From Mobula hypostoma (Eukaryota), in contig NC_086108.1 of NCBI RefSeq assembly GCF_963921235.1, positions 116,314,001-116,378,000 on the forward strand: a DNA stretch of 64,000 bases, given 5' to 3'. The translations under genes were made by a program, and so were the position numbers. The notes under the pieces were generated by a model. The model had not been told where the DNA came from. It saw nothing but the letters and a program-made list of their open reading frames with translations, and searched no databases. Of this stretch, positions 37,929 through 53,069 are shown piece by piece (the stretch's first letter is position 1; each line of letters begins with the position of its first letter).

Positions 37929-40900
37929 TTTCAGAGAAACACAGGGATGTGGGGTGATGGAGGGTTTCAGAGACAACACAGTGATGTAGTGTGATGGGTT
38001 TCAGAGACATACAGGTATGTGGGGTGATCGAGGTTTCAGAGACACACAGGGATGTGGGGTGATGCTGGGTTTCAGAGACATACAGGGATGTGGGGAGATG
38101 GAGGGTTTCAGAGACACACAGGGATGTGGTGTGATGCTGGATTTCAGAGACACACAGGGATGTGGGGTGATGGTGGGTTTCAGAGACACAGAGGGATGTG
38201 GGGTGATGGGTTTCAAAGACACTCAGGGATGTGGGGTGATGGACAGTTTCCGAGACACACAGTGATGTGGGGTGATCGTGCGTTTCAGAGACATACAGGG
38301 ATGTGGGGAGATGGAGGGTTTCAGAGACACACAGGGATGTGGTGTGATGCTGGATTTCAGAGACACACAGGGATGTGCGGTGATGGTGGGTTTCAGAGAC
38401 ACACAGGGATGTGGGGTGATGGACAGTTTCAGAGACACACAGGGATGTGGGGTTGTTGGTTTCAGAGACACACAGGGATGTGGGGTTGTTTGTTTCAGAG
38501 ACACACAGGGATGTGGGGTGATGGTGGGTTTCAGAGACACACAGGGATGTGGGGTGATGGGTTTTTCGAGACACACAGCGATGTGGGATGATGGTCGGTT
38601 TTAGAGACACCCAGGGATGTAGGGTGATGGTCGCTTTCAGAGACACACAGGTATGTGGGGTTATGGTGGGTTTCAGAGAGACACAGGGATGTGGGGTGAT
38701 GAGTTTCAGAGACTCACTGGGGTGTGGGCTGATGGTGTGTTTCAGAGACACACAGGGATGTGGGGTGATGGGTTTCAGAGACACACAGGGTTGTGGGGTG
38801 ATGGAGAGGTTCAGAGACACACAGGGATGTGGGGTGATTACTTACAGAGATACACAGGGATGTGGGCAGATGGAGGGTTTCAGAGACACACAGTGATATG
38901 GGGTGTTGGTGGGTTTCAGAGACACTCAGGGATGTGGGTGATGGTGGGTTTCAGAGACACAGGGATGTGGGGTGATGGTGGGTTTCAGAGACACACAGGG
39001 ATGTGGGGTGATGGGTTTCAGAGACACACAGCGATGTGGGATGATGGTCGGTTTCAGAGACACCCAGGGATATGGGGTGATGGTCACTTTCAGAGACACA
39101 CAGGGATGTGGGGTTATGGTGGGTTTCAGAGACACACAGGGATGTGGGGTGATGGTGAGTTTCAGAGACACTCAGGGATGTGGGGTGATGGACAATTTCC
39201 GCGACACACAGTTATGTGGTGTGATCGTGGGTTTCAGAGACACACAGGGATGTGGGGTGATGGGTTTGAGACATACAGGGATGTGGGGTGATGGGTTTCA
39301 CAGGCATACAGAGATGTGGGGTGATGGAGGGTTTCAGAGACACACAGGGATGTGGGCAGATGGAGGGTTTCAGAGACACACTGGGATTGTGAGGTGATGG
39401 TGGGTTTCAGAGACACACAGGGATGTGGGCAGATGGAGGGTTTCAGAGACACACAGGGATGTGAGGTGATGGGTTTCATAGACACACAGGGATGTGGGGT
39501 GATGGTGTTTTTCCTAAACACACAGGGATGCAGGGTGATCAAGATTTTCAGAGACACACAGGGACGTGGGGTGATTGTGTGTTTCAGAGGCACCCAGGGA
39601 TGTGGGGTGATGGGTTTCAGAGACACGCAGGGATGTGGGGTGATGGGTTTCCGAGAAATACAGGGATGCGGGGTGATGGAGGGTTTCAGAGACAAAACAG
39701 TGATGTAGTGTGATGGGTTTCAGAGACATTCAGGTATGTGGGGTGATGGAGGGTTTCAGAGACACACAGGGATGTGAGGTGTTGGTGGGTTTCAGAGACA
39801 CACAGGGATGTAGGGTGATGGTGGGTTTCAGAGATACACAGGGATGTTGGGTGATGGTGGGTTTGAGAGACACACAGGGATGTGTGGTGATGGGTTTCAG
39901 AGGCACACAGGGATGTGGGTTGATGGGTTTCAGAGACACTATGGGATGTGGGGTGATGGTGGGTTGGGTTTCAGAGACACACAGGGATGTGGGGTGATGG
40001 GTTCCAGAGACACCCAGGGATGTGGGGTGATGTGTTTCCTAGACACACAGAGTTGTGTTGTGATGGAGAGGTTCAGAGACACACAGGGATGTGTGGTGAT
40101 GGGTTTCAGAGACACACAGGGATGTGGGGTGATGGGTTTCAGAGAAACACAGGGATGTGGGGTGATGGAGGGTTTCAGAGACAACACAGTGATGTAGTGT
40201 GATGGGTTTCAGAGACATACAGGTATGTGGGGTGATCGAGGTTTCAGAGACACACAGGGATGTGGGGTGATGCTGGGTTTCAGAGACATACAGGGATGTG
40301 GGGAGATGGAGGGTTTCAGAGACACACAGGGATGTGGTGTGATGCTGGATTTCAGAGACACACAGGGATGTGGGGTGATGGTGGGTTTCAGAGACACAGA
40401 GGGATGTGGGGTGATGGGTTTCAAAGACACTCAGGGATGTGAGGTGATTGACAGTTTCTGAGACACACAGTGATGTGGGGTGATCGTGCGTTTCAGAGAC
40501 ATACAGGGATGTGGGGAGATGGAGGGTTTCAGAGACACACAGGGATGTGGTGTGATGCTGGATTTCAGAGACACACAGGGATGTGGGGTGATGGTGGGTT
40601 TCAGAGTCACACTGGGATGTGGGGTGATGGCGTTCAGAGACACACAGGGATGTGGGGTGATGGTAGGTTTCAGAGACACACAGGGATGTGGGTTGATGGG
40701 TTTCAGAGACACACAGGGATGTGGTGTGATGGAGAGTTTCAGAGACACACAGGGATGTGGGGTGATGGGTTTCAGAGACACACAGGGTTGTGGGGTGATG
40801 GAGAGGTTCAGAGACACACAGGGATGTGGGGTGATGGGTTTCAGAGAAACACGGGGATGTAGGGTGATGGACGGTTTCAGAGACAACACAGTGATGTAGT

Positions 40901-43900
40901 GTGATGGGTTTCAGACACATACAGGTATGTGGGGTGATGGAGGGTTTCAGAGACACACAGCGATATGGGGTGATGCTGGGTTTCAGAAACATACAGGGAT
41001 GTGGGGAGATAGACGGTTTCAGAGACACACAGGGATGTGGGGTGATGGTGGGTTTCAGAGACACTCAGGGATGTGGGATGATGGACAGTTTCCGAGACAC
41101 ACAGTGATGTGGTGTGATCGTGGGTTTCAGAGACACACAGGGATGTGGGGTGATGGGTTTGAGACATACAGGGATGTGGGGTGATGGGTTTCAGAGGCAC
41201 ACAGGGATGTAGGGTGATGGGTTTCAGAGACACACAGGGATGTGGGGTGCTGGGTTTGAGACATACAGGGATGTGGGGTGATGGGTTTCAGAGGCACACA
41301 GGGATGTAGGGTGATGGGTTTCAGAGACACCCATTGATGTGTGGTGGTAGGTTTCAGAGACTCACAGGGTTGTGGGTGATTGGGAGGTTCAGAGACACGC
41401 AGGGATGCGGGGTGATGGAGGGTTTCAGAGACAAAACAGTGATGTAGTGTGATGGGTTTCAGAGACATTCAGGGATGAGGGGTGATGGAGGGTTTCAGAG
41501 ACACACAGGGATGTGAGGTGTTGGTGGGTTTCAGAGACACACAGGGATGTAGGGTGATGGTGGGTTTCAGAGATACACAGGGATGTTGGGTGATGGTGGG
41601 TTTCAGAGACACACAGGGATGTGGGGTGATGGGTTTCAGAGGCACAAAAGGGATGTGGGTTGATGGGTTTCAGAGACACCCAGGGATGTGGGGTGATGTG
41701 TTTCCTAGACACACAGAGTTGTGTTGTGATGGAGAGGTTCAGAGACACACAGGGATGTGTGGTGATGGTGGGTTGGGTTTCAGAGACACACAGGGATGTG
41801 GGGTGATGGGTTCCAGAGACACATAGGGATGTGGGGTGATGGAGGGTTTCAGAGACAACACAGTGATGTAGTGTGATGGGTTTCAGAGACATACAGGTAT
41901 GTGGGGTGATCGAGGTTTCAGAAACACACAGGGATGTGGGGTGATGCTGGGTTTCAGAGACATACAGGGATGTGGGGAGATGGAGGGTTTCAGACACACA
42001 CAGGGATGTGGTGTGATGCTGGATTTCAGAGACACACAGGGATGTGGGGTGATGGTGGGTTTCAGAGACACAGAGGGATGTGGGGTGATGGGTTTCAAAG
42101 ACACTCAGGGATGTGGGGTGATGGACAGTTTCCGAGACACACAGTGATGTGGGGTGATCGTGCGTTTCAGAGACATACAGGGATGTGGGGAGATGGAGGG
42201 TTTCAGAGACACACAGGGATGTGGTGTGATGCTGGATTTCAGAGACACACAGGGATGTGCGGTGATGGTGGGTTTCAGAGACACACAGGGATGTGGGGTG
42301 ATGGACAGTTTCAGAGACACACAGGGATGTGGGGTTGTTGGTTTCAGAGACACACAGGGATGTGGGGTTGTTTGTTTCAGAGACACACAGGGATGTGGGG
42401 TGATGGTGGGTTTCAGAGACACACAGGGATGTGGGGTGATGGGTTTTTCGAGACACACAGCGATGTGGGATGATGGTCGGTTTTAGAGACACCCAGGGAT
42501 GTAGGGTGATGGTCGCTTTCAGAGACACACAGGTATGTGGGGTTATGGTGGGTTTCAGAGAGACACAGGGATGTGGGGTGATGAGTTTCAGAGACTCACT
42601 GGGGTGTGGGCTGATGGTGTGTTTCAGAGACACACAGGGATGTGGGGTGATGGGTTTCAGAGACACACAGGGTTGTGGGGTGATGGAGAGGTTCAGAGAC
42701 ACACAGGGATGTGGGGTGATTACTTACAGAGATACACAGGGATGTGGGCAGATGGAGGGTTTCAGAGACACACAGTGATATGGGGTGTTGGTGGGTTTCA
42801 GAGACACTCAGGGATGTGGGTGATGGTGGGTTTCAGAGACACAGGGATGTGGGGTGATGGTGGGTTTCAGAGACACACAGGGATGTGGGGTGATGGGTTT
42901 CAGAGACACACAGCGATGTGGGATGATGGTCGGTTTCAGAGACACCCAGGGATATGGGGTGATGGTCACTTTCAGAGACACACAGGGATGTGGGGTTATG
43001 GTGGGTTTCAGAGAGACACAGGGATGTGGGGTGATGAGTTTCAGAGATTCACTGGGGTGTGGGCTGATGGTGGGTTTCAGAGACACACAGGGATGTGGGG
43101 TGATGGTGAGTTTCAGAGACACTCAGGGATGTGGGGTGATGGACAATTTCCGCGACACACAGTTATGTGGTGTGATCGTGGGTTTCAGAGACACACAGGG
43201 ATGTGGGGTGATGGGTTTGAGACATACAGGGATGTGGGGTGATGGGTTTCACAGGCATACAGAGATGTGGGGTGATGGAGGGTTTCAGAGACACACAGGG
43301 ATGTGGGCAGATGGAGGGTTTCAGAGACACACTGGGATTGTGAGGTGATGGTGGGTTTCAGAGACACACAGGGATGTGGGCAGATGGAGGGTTTCAGAGA
43401 CACACAGGGATGTGAGGTGATGGGTTTCATAGACACACAGGGATGTGGGGTGATGGTGTTTTTCCTAAACACACAGGGATGCAGGGTGATCAAGATTTTC
43501 AGAGACACACAGGGACGTGGGGTGATTGTGTGTTTCAGAGGCACCCAGGGATGTGGGGTGATGGGTTTCAGAGACACGCAGGGATGTGGGGTGATGGGTT
43601 TCCGAGAAATACAGGGATGCGGGGTGATGGAGGGTTTCAGAGACAAAACAGTGATGTAGTGTGATGGGTTTCAGAGACATTCAGGTATGTGGGGTGATGG
43701 AGGGTTTCAGAGACACACAGGGATGTGAGGTGTTGGTGGGTTTCAGAGACACACAGGGATGTAGGGTGATGGTGGGTTTCAGAGATACACAGGGATGTTG
43801 GGTGATGGTGGGTTTGAGAGACACACAGGGATGTGTGGTGATGGGTTTCAGAGGCACACAGGGATGTGGGTTGATGGGTTTCAGAGACACTATGGGATGT

Positions 43901-46900
43901 GGGGTGATGGTGGGTTGGGTTTCAGAGACACACAGGGATGTGGGGTGATGGGTTCCAGAGACACCCAGGGATGTGGGGTGATGTGTTTCCTAGACACACA
44001 GAGTTGTGTTGTGATGGAGAGGTTCAGAGACACACAGGGATGTGTGGTGATGGGTTTCAGAGACACACAGGGATGTGGGGTGATGGGTTTCAGAGAAACA
44101 CAGGGATGTGGGGTGATGGAGGGTTTCAGAGACAACACAGTGATGTAGTGTGATGGGTTTCAGAGACATACAGGTATGTGGGGTGATCGAGGTTTCAGAG
44201 ACACACAGGGATGTGGGGTGATGCTGGGTTTCAGAGACATACAGGGATGTGGGGAGATGGAGGGTTTCAGAGACACACAGGGATGTGGTGTGATGCTGGA
44301 TTTCAGAGACACACAGGGATGTGGGGTGATGGTGGGTTTCAGAGACACAGAGGGATGTGGGGTGATGGGTTTCAAAGACACTCAGGGATGTGAGGTGATT
44401 GACAGTTTCTGAGACACACAGTGATGTGGGGTGATCGTGCGTTTCAGAGACATACAGGGATGTGGGGAGATGGAGGGTTTCAGAGACACACAGGGATGTG
44501 GTGTGATGCTGGATTTCAGAGACACACAGGGATGTGGGGTGATGGTGGGTTTCAGAGTCACACTGGGATGTGGGGTGATGGCGTTCAGAGACACACAGGG
44601 ATGTGGGGTGATGGTAGGTTTCAGAGACACACAGGGATGTGGGTTGATGGGTTTCAGAGACACACAGGGATGTGGTGTGATGGAGAGTTTCAGAGACACA
44701 CAGGGATGTGGGGTGATGGGTTTCAGAGACACACAGGGTTGTGGGGTGATGGAGAGGTTCAGAGACACACAGGGATGTGGGGTGATGGGTTTCAGAGAAA
44801 CACGGGGATGTAGGGTGATGGACGGTTTCAGAGACAACACAGTGATGTAGTGTGATGGGTTTCAGACACATACAGGTATGTGGGGTGATGGAGGGTTTCA
44901 GAGACACACAGCGATATGGGGTGATGCTGGGTTTCAGAAACATACAGGGATGTGGGGAGATAGACGGTTTCAGAGACACACAGGGATGTGGGGTGATGGT
45001 GGGTTTCAGAGACACTCAGGGATGTGGGATGATGGACAGTTTCCGAGACACACAGTGATGTGGTGTGATCGTGGGTTTCAGAGACACACAGGGATGTGGG
45101 GTGATGGGTTTGAGACATACAGGGATGTGGGGTGATGGGTTTCAGAGGCACACAGGGATGTAGGGTGATGGGTTTCAGAGACACACAGGGATGTGGGGTG
45201 CTGGGTTTGAGACATACAGGGATGTGGGGTGATGGGTTTCAGAGGCACACAGGGATGTAGGGTGATGGGTTTCAGAGACACCCATTGATGTGTGGTGGTA
45301 GGTTTCAGAGACTCACAGGGTTGTGGGTGATTGGGAGGTTCAGAGACACGCAGGGATGCGGGGTGATGGAGGGTTTCAGAGACAAAACAGTGATGTAGTG
45401 TGATGGGTTTCAGAGACATTCAGGGATGAGGGGTGATGGAGGGTTTCAGAGACACACAGGGATGTGAGGTGTTGGTGGGTTTCAGAGACACACAGGGATG
45501 TAGGGTGATGGTGGGTTTCAGAGATACACAGGGATGTTGGGTGATGGTGGGTTTCAGAGACACACAGGGATGTGGGGTGATGGGTTTCAGAGGCACAAAA
45601 GGGATGTGGGTTGATGGGTTTCAGAAACACTATGGGATGTGGGGTGATGGTGGGTTTCAGAGACACTATGGGATGTGGGGTGATGGTGGGTTGGGTTTCA
45701 GAGACACACAGGGATGTGGGGTGATGGGTTTCAGAGAAACACAGGGATGTGGGGTGATGGAGGGTTTCAGAGACAACACAGTGATGTAGTGTGATGGGTT
45801 TCAGAGACATACAGGTATGTGGGGTGATCGAGGTTTCAGAAACACACAGGGATGTGGGGTGATGCTGGGTTTCGGAGACATACAGGGATGTGGGGAGATG
45901 GAGGGTTTCAGAGACACACAGGGATGTGGTGTGATGCTGGATTTCAGAGACACACAGGGATGTGGGGTGATGGTGGGTTTCAGAGACACAGAGGGATGTG
46001 GGGTGATGGGTTTCAAAGACACTCAGGGATGTGGGGTGATGGACAGTTTCCGAGACACACAGTGATGTGGGGTGATCGTGCGTTTCAGAGACATACAGGG
46101 ATGTGGGGAGATGGAGGGTTTCAGAGACACACAGGGATGTGGTGTGATGCTGGATTTCAGAGGCACACAGGGATGTGCGGTGATGGTGGGTTTCAGAGAC
46201 ACACAGGGATGTGGGGTGATGGACAGTTTCAGAGACACACAGGGATGTGGGGTTGTTGGTTTCAGAGACACACAGGGATGTGGGGTTGTTTGTTTCAGAG
46301 ACACACAGGGATGTGGGGTGATGGTGGGTTTCAGAGACACGCAGGGATGTGGGGTGATGGGTTTTTCGAGACACACAGCGATGTGGGATGATGGTCGGTT
46401 TTAGAGACACCCAGGGATGTAGGGTGATGGTCGCTTTCAGAGACACACAGGTATGTGGGGTTATGGTGGGTTTCAGAGAGACACAGGGATGTGGGGTGAT
46501 GAGTTTCAGAGACTCACTGGGGTGTGGGCTGATGGTGTGTTTCAGAGACACACAGGGATGTGGGGTGATGGGTTTCAGAGACACACAGGGTTGTGGGGTG
46601 ATGGAGAGGTTCAGAGACACACAGGGATGTGGGGTGATTACTTACAGAGATACACAGGGATGTGGGCAGATGGAGGGTTTCAGAGACACACAGTGATATG
46701 GGGTGTTGGTGGGTTTCAGAGACACTCAGGGATGTGGGTGATGGTGGGTTTCAGAGACACAGGGATGTGGGGTGATGGTGGGTTTCAGAGACACACAGGG
46801 ATGTGGGGTGATGGGTTTCAGAGACACACAGCGATGTGGGATGATGGTCGGTTTCAGAGACACCCAGGGATATGGGGTGATGGTCACTTTCAGAGACACA

Positions 46901-49900
46901 CAGGGATGTGGGGTTATGGTGGGTTTCAGAGAGACACAGGGATGTGGGGTGATGAGTTTCAGAGATTCACTGGGGTGTGGGCTGATGGTGGGTTTCAGAG
47001 ACACACAGGGATGTGGGGTGATGGTGAGTTTCAGAGACACTCAGGGATGTGGGGTGATGGACAATTTCCGCGACACACAGTTATGTGGTGTGATCGTGGG
47101 TTTCAGAGACACACAGGGATGTGGGGTGATGGGTTTGAGACATACAGGGATGTGGGGTGATGGGTTTCACAGGCATACAGAGATGTGGGGTGATGGAGGG
47201 TTTCAGAGACACACAGGGATGTGGGCAGATGGAGGGTTTCAGAGACACACTGGGATTGTGAGGTGATGGTGGGTTTCAGAGACACACAGGGATGTGGGCA
47301 GATGGAGGGTTTCAGAGACACACAGGGATGTGGGGTGATGGTGGGTTTCAGAGACACTCAGGGATGTGGGATGATGGACAGTTTCCGAGACACACAGTGA
47401 TGTGGTGTGATCGTGGGTTTCAGAGACACACAGGGATGTGGGGTGATGGGTTTGAGACATACAGGGATGTGGGGTGATGGGTTTCAGAGGCACACAGGGA
47501 TGTAGGGTGATGGGTTTCAGAGACACACAGGGATGTGGGGTGCTGGGTTTGAGACATACAGGGATGTGGGGTGATGGGTTTCAGAGGCACACAGGGATGT
47601 AGGGTGATGGGTTTCAGAGACACCCATTGATGTGTGGTGGTAGGTTTCAGAGACTCACAGGGTTGTGGGTGATTGGGAGGTTCAGAGACACGCAGGGATG
47701 CGGGGTGATGGAGGGTTTCAGAGACAAAACAGTGATGTAGTGTGATGGGTTTCAGAGACATTCAGGGATGAGGGGTGATGGAGGGTTTCAGAGACACACA
47801 GGGATGTGAGGTGTTGGTGGGTTTCAGAGACACACAGGGATGTAGGGTGATGGTGGGTTTCAGAGATACACAGGGATGTTGGGTGATGGTGGGTTTCAGA
47901 GACACACAGGGATGTGGGGTGATGGGTTTCAGAGGCACAAAAGGGATGTGGGTTGATGGGTTTCAGAAACACTATGGGATGTGGGGTGATGGTGGGTTTC
48001 AGAGACACTATGGGATGTGGGGTGATGGTGGGTTGGGTTTCAGAGACACACAGGGATGTGGGGTGATGGGTTTCAGAGAAACACAGGGATGTGGGGTGAT
48101 GGAGGGTTTCAGAGACAACACAGTGATGTAGTGTGATGGGTTTCAGAGACATACAGGTATGTGGGGTGATCGAGGTTTCAGAAACACACAGGGATGTGGG
48201 GTGATGCTGGGTTTCAGAGACATACAGGGATGTGGGGAGATGGAGGGTTTCAGAGACACACAGGGATGTGGTGTGATGCTGGATTTCAGAGACACACAGG
48301 GATGTGGGGTGATGGTGGGTTTCAGAGACACAGAGGGATGTGGGGTGATGGGTTTCAAAGACACTCAGGGATGTGGGGTGATGGACAGTTTCCGAGACAC
48401 ACAGTGATGTGGGGTGATCGTGCGTTTCAGAGACATACAGGGATGTGGGGAGATGGAGGGTTTCAGAGACACACAGGGATGTGGTGTGATGCTGGATTTC
48501 AGAGACACACAGGGATGTGCGGTGATGGTGGGTTTCAGAGACACACAGGGATGTGGGGTGATGGACAGTTTCAGAGACACACAGGGATGTGGGGTTGTTG
48601 GTTTCAGAGACACACAGGGATGTGGGGTTGTTTGTTTCAGAGACACACAGGGATGTGGGGTGATGGTGGGTTTCAGAGACACACAGGGATGTGGGGTGAT
48701 GGGTTTTTCGAGACACACAGCGATGTGGGATGATGGTCGGTTTTAGAGACACCCAGGGATGTAGGGTGATGGTCGCTTTCAGAGACACACAGGTATGTGG
48801 GGTTATGGTGGGTTTCAGAGAGACACAGGGATGTGGGGTGATGAGTTTCAGAGACTCACTGGGGTGTGGGCTGATGGTGTGTTTCAGAGACACACAGGGA
48901 TGTGGGGTGATGGGTTTCAGAGACACACAGGGTTGTGGGGTGATGGAGAGGTTCAGAGACACACAGGGATGTGGGGTGATTACTTACAGAGATACACAGG
49001 GATGTGGGCAGATGGAGGGTTTCAGAGACACACAGTGATATGGGGTGTTGGTGGGTTTCAGAGACACTCAGGGATGTGGGTGATGGTGGGTTTCAGAGAC
49101 ACAGGGATGTGGGGTGATAGTGGGTTTCAGAGACACACAGGGATGTGGGGTGATGGGTTTCAGAGACACACAGCGATGTGGGATGATGGTCGGTTTCAGA
49201 GACACCCAGGGATATGGGGTGATGGTCACTTTCAGAGACACACAGGGATGTGGGGTTATGGTGGGTTTCAGAGAGACACAGGGATGTGGGGTGATGAGTT
49301 TCAGAGATTCACTGGGGTGTGGGCTGATGGTGGGTTTCAGAGACACACAGGGATGTGGGGTGATGGTGAGTTTCAGAGACACTCAGGGATGTGGGGTGAT
49401 GGACAATTTCCGCGACACACAGTTATGTGGTGTGATCGTGGGTTTCAGAGACACACAGGGATGTGGGGTGATGGGTTTGAGACATACAGGGATGTGGGGT
49501 GATGGGTTTCACAGGCATACAGAGATGTGGGGTGATGGAGGGTTTCAGAGACACACAGGGATGTGGGCAGATGGAGGGTTTCAGAGACACACTGGGATTG
49601 TGAGGTGATGGTGGGTTTCAGAGACACACAGGGATGTGGGCAGATGGAGGGTTTCAGAGACACACAGGGATGTGAGGTGATGGGTTTCATAGACACACAG
49701 GGATGTGGGGTGATGGTGTTTTTCCTAAACACACAGGGATGCAGGGTGATCAAGATTTTCAGAGACACACAGGGACGTGGGGTGATTGTGTGTTTCAGAG
49801 GCACCCAGGGATGTGGGGTGATGGGTTTCAGAGACACGCAGGGATGTGGGGTGATGGGTTTCCGAGAAATACAGGGATGCGGGGTGATGGAGGGTTTCAG

Positions 49901-50550
49901 AGACAAAACAGTGATGTAGTGTGATGGGTTTCAGAGACATTCAGGTATGTGGGGTGATGGAGGGTTTCAGAGACACACAGGGATGTGAGGTGTTGGTGGG
50001 TTTCAGAGACACACAGGGATGTAGGGTGATGGTGGGTTTCAGAGATACACAGGGATGTTGGGTGATGGTGGGTTTCAGAGACACACAGGGATGTGTGGTG
50101 ATGGGTTTCAGAGGCACACAGGGATGTGGGTTGATGGGTTTCAGAGACACTATGGGATGTGGGGTGATGGTGGGTTTCAGAGACACTATGGGATGTGGGG
50201 TGATGGTGGGTTGGGTTTCAGAGACACACAGGGATGTGGTGTGATGGGTTCCAGAGACACCCAGGGATGTGGGGTGATGTGTTTCCTAGACACACAGAGT
50301 TGTGTTGTGATGGAGAGGTTCAGAGACACACAGGGATGTGTGGTGATGGGTTTCAGAGACACACAGGGATGTGGGGTGATGGGTTTCAGAGAAACACAGG
50401 GATGTGGGGTGATGGAGGGTTTCAGAGACAACACAGTGATGTAGTGTGATGGGTTTCAGAGACATACAGGTATGTGGGGTGATCGAGGTTTCAGAGACAC
50501 ACAGGGATGTGGGGTGATGCTGGGTTTCAGAGACATACGGGGATGTGGGG
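36850..50550 (+). repeat. About 3.9-kb higher-order repeat (about 3 copies) with an internal 2342-bp tandem duplication (about 44970-49670)
   Basis: Offsets 36893/40877 (3984), 39234/43185 and 40039/43990 (3951), 42535/46453 (3918); 45078/47420, 45376/47718 and 46453/48795 (2342). Confidence 0.85.
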
Positions 50551-53069
50551 AGATGGAGGGTTTCAGAGACACACAGGGATATGGTGTGATGCTGGATTTC
50601 AGAGACACACAGGGATGTGGGGTGATGGTGGGTTTCAGAGACACACAGGGATATGGTGTGATGCTGGATTTCAGAGACACACAGGGATGTGGGGTGATGG
50701 TGGGTTTCAGAGACACAGAGGGATGTGGGGTGATGGTGGGTTTCAAAGACACTCAGGGATGTGGGGTGATGGACAGTTTCCGAGACACACAGTGATGTGG
50801 GGTGATCGTGCGTTTCAGAGACACACAGGGATGTGCGGTGATGGAGGGTTTCAGAGACACAGAGGGATGCGGGGTGATGGTGTGTTTCAGAGACACACAG
50901 GGATGTGGGGTGATGGACAGTTACAGAGACACACAGGGATGTGGGGTTGTTGGTTTCAGAGACACACAGGGATGTGGGGTTGTTTGTTTCAGAGACACAC
51001 AGGGATGTGGGGTGTTGGTGGGTTTCAGAGACACACAGGGATGTGGGGTGATGGGTTTTTCGAGACACACAGCGATGTGGGATGATGGTCGGTTTTAGAG
51101 ACACCCAGGGATGTAGGGTGATGGTCGCTTTCAGAGACACACAGGTATGTGGGGTTATGGTGGGTTTCAGAGAGACACAGGGATGTGGGGTGATGAGTTT
51201 CAGAGACTCACTGGGGTGTGGGCTGATGGTGTGTTTCAGAGACACACAGGGATGTGGGGTGATGGTGGGTTTCAGAGTCACACTGGGATGTGGGGTGATG
51301 GCGTTCAGAGACACACAGGGATGTGGGGTGATGGTAGGTTTCAGAGACATACAGGGATGTGGGTTGATGTGTTTCAGAGACACACAGGGATGTGGTGTGA
51401 TGGAGAGTTTCAGAGACACACAGGGATGTGGGGTGATGGGTTTCAGAGACACACAGGGTTGTGGGGTGATGGAGAGGTTCAGAGACACACAGGGATGTGG
51501 GGTGATTACTTACAGAGACACACAGGGATGTGGGCAGATGGAGGGTTTCAGAGACACACAGTGATATGGGGTGTTGGTGGGTTTCAGAGACACTCAGGGA
51601 TGTGGGTGATGGTGGGTTTCAGAGACACAGGGATGTGGGGTGATGGTGGGTTTCAGAGACACACAGGGATGTGGGGTGATGGGTTTCAGAGACACACAGC
51701 GATGTGGGATGATGGTCGGTTTCAGAGACACCCAGGGATATGGGGTGATGGTCGCTTTCAGAGACACACAGGGATGTGGGGTTATGGTGGGTTTCAGAGA
51801 GACACAGGGATGTGGGGTGATGAGTTTCAGAGACTCACTGGGGTGTGGGCTGATGGTGGGTTTCAGAGACACACAGGGATGTGGGGTGATGGTGAGTTTC
51901 AGAGACACTCAGGGATGTGGGGTGATGGACAATTTCCACGACACACAGTTATGTGGTGTGATCGTGGGTTTCAGAGACTCACAGGGATGTGGGGTGATGG
52001 GTTTCAGACATACAGGGATGTGGGGTGATGGGTTTCACAGGCATACAGAGATGTGGGGTGATGAAGGGTTTCAGAGACACACAGGGATGTGGGCAGATGG
52101 AGGGTTTCAGAGACACACTGGGATTGTGAGGTGATGGTGGGTTTCAGAGACACACAGGGATGTGGGCAGATGGAGGGTTTCAGAGACACACAGGGATGTG
52201 AGGTGATCGTGGGTTTCAGAGAAACACAGGGATGTGGGGTGATGGTGGGTTTCAGAGACACACAGGGATGTGGGGTGATGGGTTTCAGAGACACACAGGG
52301 ATGTGGGGGTGATGGGTTTCAGAGAAACACAGGTATGTAGGGTGATGGAGGGTTTCAGAGACAACACAGTGATGTAGTGTGATGGGTTTCAGAAACATAC
52401 AGGGATGTGGTGTGATGGGTTTCAGAGACACAGGGATGTGAGGTGATGGTGGGTTTCAGAGACACACAGGGATGTGGGGTGATGGAGAGTTTCAGAGACA
52501 CACAGGGATGTGGGATGATGGGTTTCAGAGACACCTAGGGATGTGGGGTGATGGGTTTCAGAGACACACAGGGTTGTGGGGTGATGGAGAGGTTGAGAGA
52601 CACACAGGGATGTGGGGTGATGGCTTTCAGAGACACACAGGGATGTGGGCAGATGGAGGGATTCAGAGACACACAGGGATGTGGGGTGTTGGTGGGTTTC
52701 AGAGACACACAGGGATGTCGGGTGATGGTGGGTTTCAGAGACACAGGGATGTGGGGTGATGCTGGGTTTCAGAGACACACAGGGATGTGGGGGTGATGGG
52801 TTTCAGAGAAACACAGGTATGTAGGGTGATGGAGGGTTTCAGAGACAACACAGTAATGTAGTGTGATGGGTTTCAGACACATACAGGGATGTGGTGTGAT
52901 GGGTTTCAGAGACACACAGGGATGTGAGGTGATGGTGGGTTTCAGAGACACACAGGGATGTGGGGTGATGGGTTTCAGAGACACACAGGGATGTGGGCAT
53001 ATGGAGGATTTCAGAGACACACAGGGATGTGAGGTGATGGTGGGTTTCAGAGAAACACAGGGATGTGGG

